A DNA stretch of 62,618 nt, the filler included, from Kipferlia bialata (lineage: Eukaryota), in NCBI GenBank assembly GCA_003568945.1. It is 3 parts of 3 records of this genome, joined end to end, with 100 filler letters (N's around TTAATTAATTAA, not from the genome) between each part and the next. Parts side by side here need not be neighbours in the genome. Positions count along the whole stretch, not along the records: positions 1 to 24,910 come from BDIP01000127.1; 2 more parts are not named here. The stretch is one strand, 5' to 3'. The notes beneath the pieces were generated by a model. The model ran no database searches. It was not told the DNA's origin and worked only from the letters and a program-made list of their open reading frames with translations. The translations under genes and the position numbers were made by a program. This document shows positions 1 to 12,338 of the stretch, piece after piece (the first letter of the stretch is position 1; each line of letters starts with the position of its first letter).

Positions 1-64
1 GTTTGGTAGTAGACAACTATATCACCTAGCATCCCCTCTGCCCCCCCCCCCCTCTCACCCCCAG

Positions 65-2519
65 CCGACCTGTGGCGCTCCACCCAGCTGGAGGCCATAT
101 CCGATGTCATGGAGGGACTTGATGATACACTCAGGATCCAGGTATGTACTGTATGCACTACGGATGCATGTGCACAAACATTTACCTCACCCACCCCAGC
201 TGTTCCTTGCCGACCAGATCCACACCTCCACCACGTATCTATATATCTCTCTCAATTTTTATACATATGTATTATTATATACCTACCCACTCCAGCTGTT
301 CCTAGCCGACCAGCTCAACACCTCCACCATCTATGGCCTGTGGCTCAAGAGACTCAGGACAGAGGCAGAGCTGCCACTGCTATGGAGGTGGGTTTGAAGA
401 ATTATATGTAAATCCATGTGTTGGTAATGGAATAGTACTCTTTGTATATGCAGGAGACAGTGGCAGAGCTGCTACTGCTCTGGAGGTGGGTCTATATGTG
501 TGTATGTACTATCGTTTTTTGCCCTCTTTTACCCCCAGTGAGGATGAGCTGTCTGTACTGGCTGGCACCTCTGTGTACAAGGACATACACACAGTCAGAG
601 ACGCCCTGGAGGAGGTGGGTCAGTGTGATAGTATTTGTATATGTATACATATGTTATCTATGTACATACGCTATCTGTGTTTCTTTATATCAGAGACGCT
701 CAGGAGGTTTGTGTATATGATGGTATTTGTATTAGTATTCATATGTTACGTGTGTATAAGTGTCAGAGACGCTTTGGAGGTATGTACATACATTGACTAT
801 GAATCTTTCTCTCTCTATCTCTATACACATATTCATACCCCCACCCCAGGCCTATGCCACCGTGATGCCCTCTGTCCCATCTCTATCTTACCTTACTTAC
901 TCTCTCTGTATGTATATCTCTATGTATATACATATCTCCCACCCCAGGCCTATGCCACCGTGATGCCCTCTGTCCCATCTCTATCTCACTCTATATATAT
1001 ATACATGTCCCTCTCTCTCTATATGATTACCTTACTCCAGGCCTATGCCACCGTGATGCCCTCTGTCCTATTTGCCCTGGAGGAGGCAGAGGTCGAGTCA
1101 AACATAGCCAACCTAGACAGGTACTGGATGATATGCACTGTTTATGACTGTCCCCCCCTCCCCCACCCTATCCCCTCATCCCCAGGGAGACCTTCGACTG
1201 GCTCCATGCCATCATCAGGTCCAGGAAGCAGGTAGGGGTATTATTATGTCATATTATTGCTATATATCTCTACCCCCCCAGGTCATCAACACGGCAGACT
1301 CCCCCGTCGTGACCCTTGTCCCCATCATCGGGTTCATCAACCACTCCTTCACACCCAACGCATCCATCAGACCTAGTGAGGACGAGTCTGCTCTCGAGGT
1401 ATGGGTTGGTGCCGCAGTATATATGTATACTGTATATGTGTTCACTTTCATATGGCTATGTCCCTCACCCCCTAGGTTGTTGCCGATGCCCCCTTCCGCA
1501 AGAACCAGCAGATATACATCAACTACGGGCCACTGACCGAGGGCACATACTTCCAGGCATGTATATGTGTATGTGTGTATATATATGTGTGTGTGTATAT
1601 ACATATATATATACGTATACTGTCTGTATACGGGCCACTGACAGAGGGCACATACTTCCAGGTATATATATATATGTGTGTGTATTAGATATATGTATAC
1701 CTCACACCCTGGACTATGGCTATGTCAATGATAATTGTATCCGGAACGGAAGCAGTATCATCATATATATACTGATATTGTTGACTGATGCTCAGGACTA
1801 TGGCTTCGTCAATGGTATATGTATACTGTCCACATATGTGTCTAGCAGCTATGTATACCTCACCCCAGGACTATGGCTTTGTCAATGGTGACAACGAGTA
1901 TGACGGGTTTGGCCTGTCCCTGTCCACTGGTGAGGGGGATGCACTCAGGGAGGAGAAGGAGGAGGTATGTTATCATAGTAGTAGAGTATATATGTATATA
2001 GTGTATATATGGTTAATTGGTACTTATATGTATATATGCACTCAGGGAGGAGAAGGAGGAGGTGGGTTATTATAGCTGTAGAGTATGTATGTATATAGTG
2101 TATATATGGTCAATGGGTACTTATATATATATATATATATATGCACTCAGGGAGGAGAAGGAGGAGGCGGGTTGGCTATCCTAGTGTTGATATTCATGTA
2201 CATGTGTTTGCTATTCTGATCACCATATATATATGTATGAATGTCTATATCCCCCCTCACCCCCCAGGTCCTCGAGGCCATCGGTCTGAACAGATCCACA
2301 TACACAGCCATCATCGGGGATCAGATACCAGGTATGTATGTATAGATACACCCTTGCATATATATATATATGTCTGTGTGTATATATAGCTATGTGGAGC
2401 TTTCTCATTTGTATCTCCCTCTCTCCCCCCCCCTGACCCCAGGCCGAGGATGCTGTCAAGACCATGTGGCTCGACTACATCACTAAGGTGGGTATACTCT
2501 ATCCACTCTATCCACACAC

Positions 2520-2550
<31 letters not shown>

Positions 2551-2822
2551 GCTTATGGCAGGGCTTCCCCGAGTACGTAGCTGAGGAGGAGGAGGTGGAC
2601 GGTGCCGGTGACGGAGAGGAGGACGATGAGGAGATGGTGGATGAGGATGATCTCTATGGAGATGAGGAGTATGTGGAGGAGGAGGAAGAGCTAGAGGGAG
2701 AGGACGACGAGGAAGAGGAGGTGGTAGACGAGGAGGAGTACCTAGACGAGGAGGAGATGGCCGAGGAGGAGGAGGAGGAGACTGTAGACGAGGACGATGT
2801 CATTGACATGATGGACCTCTAG
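65..2822 (+). CDS. SET-domain protein methyltransferase (SETD3/Rubisco-LSMT type), multi-exon, 5' end outside the window, acidic C-terminal tail
   Basis: Spliced exons read ...ETFDWLHAIIRSRS / TLVPIIGFINHSFTPNA / KNQQIYINYGPLTEGTYFQ / DYGFVNGDNEYD, matching the LxPxxDxxNH, QxxINYG and YGFV motifs of this family. The last exon is Asp/Glu-rich and ends at TAG 2820-2822. A phase mismatch near 2330-2440 suggests a missing exon. Confidence 0.8.
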
Positions 2823-3071
2823 ACGTCTGGACGTTGAGTCATTCCTCTGAGTCATATGTAATAGATATGTAAGTACACTGGTGGCATAGGGTGCTTCACC
2901 AGGAGGTATGTCCAAATAGGCATAATCCAATGATGCTAAGTGGTACTCGTCCTAATCAAATGATGACCGTTTGGCTGATTGACTCATTATCTCGAAAGTG
3001 AAACGCTTAATTGATAGCCTTGATTGAAGTGTGAGGGTCAGATATACCTTCTCCTAGGTCCTGTGAATACA

Positions 3072-4739
3072 ATGGCGATCAACAAGGTGCGATGTGTAGG
3101 GTAATGGCTATAACGGAGACAAGTTATGATTGTGCTAATTGACGTATAACGGTGCAACACTACTGGAATTGGAATGCTGTTTTTCTCAGTGCTCATTGAC
3201 CAGGTCAGCCCCGTCAACCCCGCCCCCATCGGTCTCTTTGGCTTTGCGGCATCGACCTGGCTGCTCAACCTCAAGAATGCAGGGTTCATCGACCATGACT
3301 CCATCATATGGAGCACAGGTGGGTGGGTTGTACTATACTCACTGCCACACTGATTGTTGAGAGCATTATGTCACTTGGATTTGAGACTGATACATTTACG
3401 TCATTTTGACTCTATCTTTCATGTACTGGAGATATATGTATGTATGAGAATGTGGATTCCATTGTAGAGAGATAAATACACCTATCTACTAATCTTAGAT
3501 TAGTCTAATCTACCCTCATTTCACTCCCCTTCTCTCTCAGGCCTCATTGTGGTTGGTCACTTTGGTTCTCTCTCCCTCTATACGTAAAAGTATATACTCA
3601 TATATATATATATATATGAATATGAATACCTATACCCCCTCACCTCCAGGCCTCATTGTGGGTGGTATAACCCAGATGCTAGCCGGTGTGCTCGAGTTCT
3701 TCGCACACTCCCAGTTCACATGTGTGGTGTTCACTCTGTACGTTCTTGGGTTTCTCTTTTCTGCTATTGACCTCTCTCAAACCCTTTTCGACACGCCACC
3801 CCCTCACCCCCAGCTACGGCTCTTTCTGGATATCCCTGGTCTACGGTGAGTGGTGCATGCGTATATGTACACATATACATATCTGAATGAGTGACAGTCT
3901 CTCTCTCTCACCTCAGTCAATGACACGATGGGCGGCTCAAACGATGGCCCCTTCGCCTGTTACTGCTTCATCTGGGGTCTCTTGACTCTGTTCATGGCCA
4001 TAGGTAAATAGGAATACTACGTCTTCTATATGTATTAGTTTGAATGTGTACTGTGACTCCAGACTCGTACCACTCGTACACCTCCCACCACTCACCCAGC
4101 CACCTTTGCCCCTGGGATGCACCTCTTCTCCAAGCTGGTCTTCTGCTCTGTCACCGTCCTGCTCTTCATGCTATCTTTGATCCACGGCATGCTGGCACAC
4201 AACCCAGTACGTGCACTGTATATCTCAGTGGTAGCGCGTATGCACTATATGTCTTCGTTTGCGTGTTAATCTGCAGTCAAATGGAACTATCCCCCCATAT
4301 CTTCCGATATTTCTCTACTGTGACTGCTTCTCCTCACCCTTACTCTCCAGGATGCCTCAGTGCATGTCCTGGAGACCATAGCTGGAGTGATAGGTGGGCA
4401 TATACAGTGTGGATACTGTTGTGAGTGTTACCCCTTCTTTAAGTGTTCATCTATATATGCCGGCCTTGCCTCACCCCAGGCATCTTTGCAGGGTGTGCTG
4501 CCTTCTGGGAGGGTATGGCAGGGGTGCTCAACTCAGACGCCCTGTACGGTAGGGAGCTCCTACCATTGGGACCAAGGACACCCAGGCTCAAGGTGCGGTA
4601 TACTCGTATGGTATACTACTATTCTATGCACTAATGTATTCCTACACCACCAACCCACCCCCAGACCGTTGATGTGACCCTGGATGCTGTGCCTGAGACA
4701 GAGGCAAGCAGTGCGGCACTTGTGGCAGATGTGGTGTGA
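3072..4739 (+). CDS. GPR1/FUN34/YaaH (SatP/AceTr) family acetate channel, about 10 exons
   Basis: ATG at 3072. Spliced protein contains the family signature NPAPIGLFGFAASTWLLNLKNAG, then GGITQMLAGVLEF, YGSFWISLV and C-terminal GRELLPLG, with multiple hydrophobic helices. TGA at 4737-4739. Confidence 0.9.
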
Positions 4740-5231
4740 GAGATGATGACGAGCAAGTGCTGGCCTGGGTCTAACTGATATGTACCATACCGATCTCTTG
4801 ATACTGGGCCACCTTAGTTTCTCCACCGAGATGTGGGACTCCTGTACTGTCCAAGGTGTCTATCGGTGTGGTAGAGATATGGTTGATACCTTCATATTGT
4901 GAGTAAACTCGTTGTTTGGATTTTTGGTGTGATAATGAGTACATATCTATAACAATTCCTTCAGAGAGTTCTGTCAGTCTCTCTGTCTCTATAAGGGGGA
5001 ACTGGATCTTCCAGGCTGGAAGCATAGGTAAAAGCAATTGAATAATTGTTAGTTGGTGAATCACCGTAGGTGATACTTGAACACAAGTTGTGTCACAACT
5101 CGGGGTCTAGACTCTAGACTCTAGAGTAGTAGAGACTCTACTGTAGAGTCTCCATGTGGAGAGAGAACACTATCTCTTTGGGTTTCAGTCTGTCTTAAGC
5201 GCTTCTGCTAGTGGCCTTGGCTGCCAAGTAG

Positions 5232-5582
5232 GCACAGGAGTCAGAGAGAGAGAGAGAGAGGCAGGAGAGAGAGAGGCAGGAGAGAGAGCGCCGGAATAAG
5301 GAAGAACAGAACAGACGTGAGGCAGCCGCACTGGAGCAGGAGAGGGCGACGTGCCTTGCTGCACATGCCACTGTGATTGACAGGGTGGTGGAGAGGGTCA
5401 CGGCCGGGTTCACAGATATGCTTGAGAGGCTCATCGTGCCCCGCCTCGATGCCATAGACTGTAGGCTGGAGGGACAGGAGGCTGCGGTGCAGGAGCTCAA
5501 GACACAGCTAGGCCAGGCTGTCAATTCACCCCTTCACACTGAAGATCCAAGTGTGGGTCCTCCAGCAAAGAGGGGGCGGTAG
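5232..5582 (+). pseudogene. Fragment of an ER-rich coiled-coil ORF with no clear start
   Basis: Open frame QESERERERQE...PPAKRGR* is preceded by an in-frame TAG at 5229, and no upstream exon was found. Confidence 0.3.
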
Positions 5583-5954
5583 ATGAATGATGGAGAGGGT
5601 GTGTATAGGGAAGTGGCGGGATTGGAGACGGCGGACCCGTTTCAAGTAGTTGCGCAGTCGCTCTGAGTATCTCTGAATACATAGACTGTTTTACTGTTGA
5701 TTTACTATTGAGGGAATTTGGAGTCAGGGATGTGCAAAGGCGCAACACCATTCTCCTACTTCTCTTCCATACAGCCAGTGACATATGATTCCACTGACAT
5801 CTATTAACATCTATTGAAAAGTGGACCATTCCTCCAAACGGGTCCTTTGCTGGAGACTGTAAAAACAAACCGTATTCTCTCTCACTCACACACACACACA
5901 CGTCTCATACTCTACATCTACATGTACACACCCTGCCAGGGCCCCTCCCTATCC

Positions 5955-6217
5955 CTATCTCTTGAGCTTCTTGGTGCCTGGGACAATGGACACACTATCC
6001 CCCGCATTCCACATCTCCACATAGGGGCACACGGTGCGGGACAGCTTCTTGAAGGCAGTGCCGAGGTACTTGCCTGGGGGTGAGGGGGGGAGAGAGAGAG
6101 AGAGAGAGAGAGAGGGCAATACGTACCGTTGAGGCCGAATGCCACGGATCTCTTTGCCATGTTGACGATGATGGTGACCTCATCACCCTCCACAAAGGTC
6201 TCACCGTAGTTGTAGCC
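5955..6217 (-). CDS. Last two exons of a SPRY/B30.2-domain protein (5' exons not found)
   Basis: Exons 6217-6127 and about 6073-5955 splice to GYNYGETFVEGDEVTIIVNMAKRSVAFGLNG-KYLGTAFKKLSRTVCPYVEM...*, a typical SPRY C-terminal half. Both have CTCACCCC(C)CAG-type acceptors. Confidence 0.6.
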
Positions 6218-6454
6218 CTGGGGGGTGAGGATGATGTGGGGGGGGAACGCAACTACAGCCTATTTGTGGATAGTAATAGGCATAGTATCACAGCCCTCTC
6301 TCTTCCTCTGTCGCATTCTGTCCATACGATATATATTCACACCCTCAGGCAATAGCAGCACCTATGCCTGTCACCATGCACCTCTGCCTCTATGCCTCTC
6401 TCTCTCTCTCTCCCTCATTCTCTTAATTCTCACTCATAAGCACAGGTGTATCCT

Positions 6455-7447
6455 ATGCCTGTCACGATGCACCACATCCTACTCGAGAGCAAGTGGGTAG
6501 ACGATCACTGTATAACCACATACATTGGCCCCTTGACCCCTGAGGGTGGTGTACCGGACTTCTATCACCCCACTGAGCCATTCACCACACTGGTGCTGAG
6601 CACTGAGGGAGTTAGGTCCACACACATTGTCACCATAGACCCTGTGATGAGAGAGGTATAGTAGATACTGCAAGATACTACTGTGTAGATACTGATGCTG
6701 ACAATACAGGTGTGCTTTGAGCATGTGTCCGACCCACAGAAGAGTGTGTCGTCCATGTCCGTGACTAGGGTGGGGGAGAGTGTGTATCTGTTTGGGGGGT
6801 CCACCGACAACACCTTCCACTCCCAGACAGATACCCTCCAGGCATATGACATACCCACGGGGGAGTGGAGGCTGATACCCAAGGGGGAGAAGGGGGAGGG
6901 AGAGTGGCCACTTGGACGGCATGGCCACAATGCATTCTCCCTGGGCGGTAACCTGCATATCATGGCGGGTGTCCTCTGCGACATGGCCTATGGCAAGCCG
7001 ACACTCGAGCACTGGGTGTACACTCCTAGCACCGAGACATGGCGCCTGGTGGGTGAGGTACCCATCTGGCCCAAGTCCAAGGGTGTGGTGGTGAATGAGG
7101 TGTACTACCAGATAGGCAAGGGGGCGGGGGTAGGGTACCACGACCCCTTCAGAATGTACACGTACACGGTGGAGGGGGGGTGGGTGCTAGACCCAGTCCC
7201 ACTGCGGTTCATTGAGCCCGACGGTCTCCGTGCGCGTGGGTCTGACCTGTGTGTGTACTCAAGGGGAGACCTCCACGTGTGTGACACTGCCACTGGTATA
7301 TGGAGGCAGGTGCCCGAGGAGGAGTACACTGTGGGTAGGGACCAGTGGCTGGAGAGACTGGGGCACGAGACAGCCCCGTCTATCATGCTGAGTGTCAAGA
7401 ACAGAGCTACAGACATGGACACGTGGTGGTCGGAGTGGCACTACTAG
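6455..7447 (+). CDS. Kelch-repeat beta-propeller protein, 2 exons (intron 6656-6709)
   Basis: Kelch repeat motifs VYLFGG...YDIPTGEW and PLGRHGHNAFSLGGNLHIMAG...YTPSTETW. Confidence 0.75.
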
Positions 7448-8003
7448 AGGGGTGGGGGGAGAGAGAGAGAGGAGGTGGATGACAGGATCATGGCAAACTG
7501 GGTCTTTTGCCTATTTTGTAGTGTATAGTAATGTGTGGTAGTATATAGAGTAGTAGAAGAGAATTTAGAGTATTGTGTTAGGAAATGGAGGTATGCCGGC
7601 CCGTCACTGACGGCGGTCTTTGAATTGTGGATTACTTCCAAAGTCTATACGCGCACATACGTAACCAGTAAGTACTACCCACACTGTGGATAGTATATAC
7701 AGGTATGGGCTAGAGTCACTGTCGAGCTGAGTCATCTGCGGCATATCAGAAGCCTGCACAGCCTATAGTACATGGCAATAGACACAGAACGTGGCAACGC
7801 GGCAACGCGGCATATCTATTCATGCCTGTAACGGCAGAGTGACACACACCAAAAGGAATATATCTGTAAGGAGACTAGGACAACATACTACTAAAAGAAT
7901 GATACTAGATAAGCGTGTCATCTGCATCAACTGCATAGGGGGGGGGGAGAGAGAGACACATCATCTCGGACATGCATCTCTCTCCCACCCTCTCTCCCTC
8001 CCT

Positions 8004-9531
8004 CTATACCAGCATCTTGGACATGTATGGCCCGTCTCTCGTGTACCCCATCTTCCTGTAGTATTGGCGCACACCTACGCCACTGATGATGGCTATCTAG
8101 GGGTGAGGGAGAGAGGGGGATATGTATATACATATATATAGAGAGAGAGCTAGAGAACACGCATGTGACTGAAGATGGCAATCAAGGGAAAGGGATACAG
8201 GTGAGATGCGACAGTACATATAGAGAGAGGAAGAGAGGCACCCCCCTCACCTTCTCTGCGTTGTGCTCCTCCCTGGATATCCTCTCTCCCTCTGCCAGTA
8301 GCATCCTGCCAACCCCACTGTGCTGCACCCTTAATGTCAGAGAGAGAGAGAGAGAGAGAGGGAGAGTATACACATACAAATATACCCACCTCGCTACTCC
8401 AGATGCGTCTCTCCCCACCCCATCTCTGCTGTTGACAGAGGTGGCAGCCCCATAGACATGCAGCTCACGCACCATCGACACCTTGCCTAGTGGTAAGGTA
8501 CAGATATATAGATATATGGAAGAGAGAGAGAGACAGCCATGCGGAGGAAGGGAGTGAAAGAGAGAATACAAAGATGTACCTCTCAACTCTGGTCTTGTAT
8601 GATCTCTGGGTCCAAAGGGGGGTGTCTGCCCAGCCCTGGGTCTGTGTCTATCTATGGGACAGGCAGAGGACACGGGGACAGTCTCCTCCCTACGAGGTAA
8701 GGGGTGTATCTATATATACAAATAATCATATACAGACACACATATTTCATATACAAAGAAGTTATGGGACAGACAGTGGAGACAGGGACGGTCTCCTCCC
8801 TGGGGTGTTAGGTATGCCAATATCTATATATCTATATATATATATATATATATATATGTCAACATATATCAATGCAGTGGAGACGGGGACAGTCTCCTTC
8901 CTAAACTGTTAGGTATAATCTATCAAATACCACACAATCATATACAAATACACATATATGATGGGAGAGACAGGGGACACGGATCGTGTAGAAAACATCG
9001 AGTATTATACCTAGGCGGTGTGGGTGTGAGTGTGGGCACTGGCAGCTGTGTCTGTGTGTCTGTGTGGGGTATCCTCCTCAGCCTCAACAGACCTAGCAAT
9101 GTGGGGGGCTGGTCATTGTGCACAACCTGGGGGTTAGCAAGAGTAACTGGATAATAATATATATAGAGAGAGAGACCTCGTATGACAGGAATGTCTCTCA
9201 GCCTCCATATGTATATTACTATATGACTGCCACATGGCATTAACATGAATATAGAAGTGTATAGACACATATATAGCCACAGGTCTATACCTCGTATGAT
9301 AGGAATGTCTCCCAGCCTCCATGGGCCCAATAGTCCCTGGGGGTGAATGGGAGGGAGAGGGAGGGAGACAAGTGTCATGAGATAAAAGACTAGTATGCAG
9401 ATAGAGATGCACCCACCTCCTCCTGAGCTCTGCGTCTGGCTGTCTCCACTGCTCCTTGTCCTCCTCCTCCCTCTCCTCCACCCTGCCATGCTCACGCTCA
9501 TCCTGGGGGTTAGGATACGGTATATATATGT

Positions 9532-9574
<43 letters not shown>

Positions 9575-11092
9575 ATCCTGGGGGTGAGGTATCAAAAAAA
9601 ATAGACCCCCCGAGACTTGTATATATACATGTACCATACACACCTGGAACGATGCCCTCTTTGTGTCCAGCTCCTTGTCCATCCTCTGCCGGATGCCGCC
9701 CTCCCTGGCCCTGGGGTCGTTAGAGGAAGAGGAAGACACTAGATAGACAAGTAGTAAGAGTATTAGAATATGTAGATGAGAAGATTAGGAAACCTCACTA
9801 TATTGGTAGGTAGTGAGAGTATATATATATATATATGCGCAGAGGGTAGTGTCATCAGTTATACGGTCTCAACCTGATCTCCAGGGTCTTGTTGCATACA
9901 ATAACACATATATACTGACATGAACATGGGTAAGTACCATAACTATCACTATCTCTACCTGATCTCCAGGGTGGGTCTGTTGTATCTGTGTCTGAGGAGG
10001 GCAAGGGCCTGCTCTCTGGGGGTGAGTGGAAGAAGTATAGGGGGAGAGGCATGGCGACCCAGAGGGCTGCGCGACAGACCAGGAGAGAATGACATCTAGC
10101 AAAAGTATATAAGATATCCTCAATGACATGTGTCATATATATATATATATACATGTGTAAATATGCAATACCTCAGGTTTGCGTAGTCTGCCCCGCTGGA
10201 CACCAGAGTTCACCTATATGTGTATCTATCCATCTATATATATACATACATATATATAGAGTATCTTTACACTACCTCAGGTTTGCGTAGTCTGCCCCAC
10301 TGGACACCAGAGGGAGAGGGATGTCACGCATGACCCTGGGGGTAAGAGAGTATAATAGGAGTATTATAAGAGCATTATCAGAGAGGCAGAGGATGAGTGA
10401 TGAGTGATATAGCTAGAGGGATGCGATACCTGAACACCCTGAGCCACGGGGGGGACAGCGCAAAGACAGCGGCTGGGGGGTGAGATAGTGTATGTTCACA
10501 TTCAGAGAGATGTAAAGAGAGAGAGAGAGAGAGACACCCCCTACCTAGCAGTGATATGAGCTCCTGGGTTGTGAATCCCTTATACTTGCCCTGGTACCAC
10601 TGCCTAGAGGGTGAGGGGTATATGCATGGTATGTATATACTATACGCATATGGATACATAGACATCTAGATACGAATCTATATAGACTATATGTGTATGT
10701 ATATCCCTTGTACTTACCCTGGTACCACTGGGGTGAGGGATATATGCTTGAAAATATGTGTGGCATATGGAATCTATATGGATACATATCCTCATATGTG
10801 TCTCTGTACCTATATAGCGTTGTGCCTCTGATGACCAGTGTTGGGTACAGCTTCAGTCCATCGGGGCGGTATCTGAGGGGTCAGTGAATAGTAGATAGAT
10901 ATAGTGAATACATATATACACCGCTTCAACTGCTATATATGCACAGATATACATCACCCTTCAGTCCATCAGGGTATCTGGGGGGTGAGAAGTAGTGGAA
11001 AAGAGGGAAAGCAGGAATTCATAGAGGGATAGTCATTCGGACAGGCATACATCTATACCTCCCGCTCTCCATGAGTCTCTCTGAACCCCTGG

Positions 11093-11126
<34 letters not shown>

Positions 11127-12300
11127 AATCATACATACACATATACCTTCCACTCTCCATGAGCTCTCTGAACCCCTGGATGTCTCTCTCTCTCTGGTCT
11201 GGGAGACAGTAGTCAGGCCGGGTCTCAATGGTCATGCCAACAGGCCTGGGATAAAGGGGTGTAGATGGGAGACAAGGAGAGAGAGACAAACCGTTGTGTC
11301 GCTGTGCCTGGCGTTCATTGTACGTACACACATGTATGATTCCATACATATATGTAAAACAAATCCATCCCTACCTGTGCCTGGCATGCTCACTGTACGA
11401 TGTGGCCTCCTCCACACCCCTACTCTCCCTGGGGTCAGAGAGAGAGGGGGAGAGAGACTAATACATAAATATATATATATAGAGAGAAAGATTCATGATG
11501 TGGCCTCCTCCACACCCCTGCTCTCCTGGGGTGAGGCATAGATACATATAAAAATATAACTGCGTATGTATATGTCTACATATTATACATATATATACGA
11601 TTAGTATATATATGGATAGAAGATGGTCTTTTCCACACCCCTGCTCTACCTGGGTTAGGAGAGAGAGAGAGAGAGAGAGGGAGGGAGTATCCTCCACTAA
11701 AGGATATGTATACTAGGCATGTAAACTATATATACCTCCCGCTGAGTGCATCGTGGAGTGCCGCTATGAATGTGTCCCTATACTTGGATGCCAGGCACAT
11801 GAAGGTGCCGCCCATCACGACATACTCAATCTAGCGGTAAGGGCATATATATAATATATATACATCATATATATAGTATATATATAGTAGTAATATATGG
11901 ATATCTGAGCAATAGATGCCAGACACATGAAGGTGCCACCCATCACGACATACTCAATCTGGGGGGTAAGGACATATATATAGCCTTATGAGAAGAAACA
12001 ACTAATAAGGAACACTGTAGGGGAGAATATGAAGGTGCCACCCATCACGACATACTCAATCTAGTGGTTAGACAGGTATACACATAGCATTATAGGAAAC
12101 AACAACCAAGCAAGAGCAATACTCTATGGGGAGTAAACATAGAGTGACACACACGAAGGTGCCTACTCTACGCACTTTTCTCTCCCTCTCACACACACTA
12201 CGAACACCTATATATATACTGGCATAGTAATAGACATACATAATGAATAGTACACTATACCTTATCTGTGGGATGCCCCATGCTCTGCAGCTGTGCTATC

Positions 12301-12338
<38 letters not shown>

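Noticed and set aside
840..1070. Regularly spaced ~30-nt direct repeats resembling a CRISPR array (also near 11800-12060 and 16436-16655)
   Set aside because: The repeats are copies of exon ends with splice sites, the spacers are low-complexity intron DNA, the context is eukaryotic and there are no cas genes.
104..2465. Many ORF-track proteins rich in Y/I/C/V/M or SLSLSL
   Set aside because: These are translations through (TA)n, (TG)n and (CT)n intron microsatellites, not real proteins.
2955..3040. ATGATGA...CTGA, a possible box C/D snoRNA (also near 4742-4778)
   Set aside because: The C-D spacing is too short, and there is no terminal stem or recognisable rRNA guide.
7575..7645. GC-rich hairpin CCGTCA-C-TGACGG in the Kelch-Elp3 intergenic region; similar short palindromes near 48903-48919 and 55827-55850
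   Set aside because: Short stems are expected by chance, and there is no match to any RNA family I can recognise.
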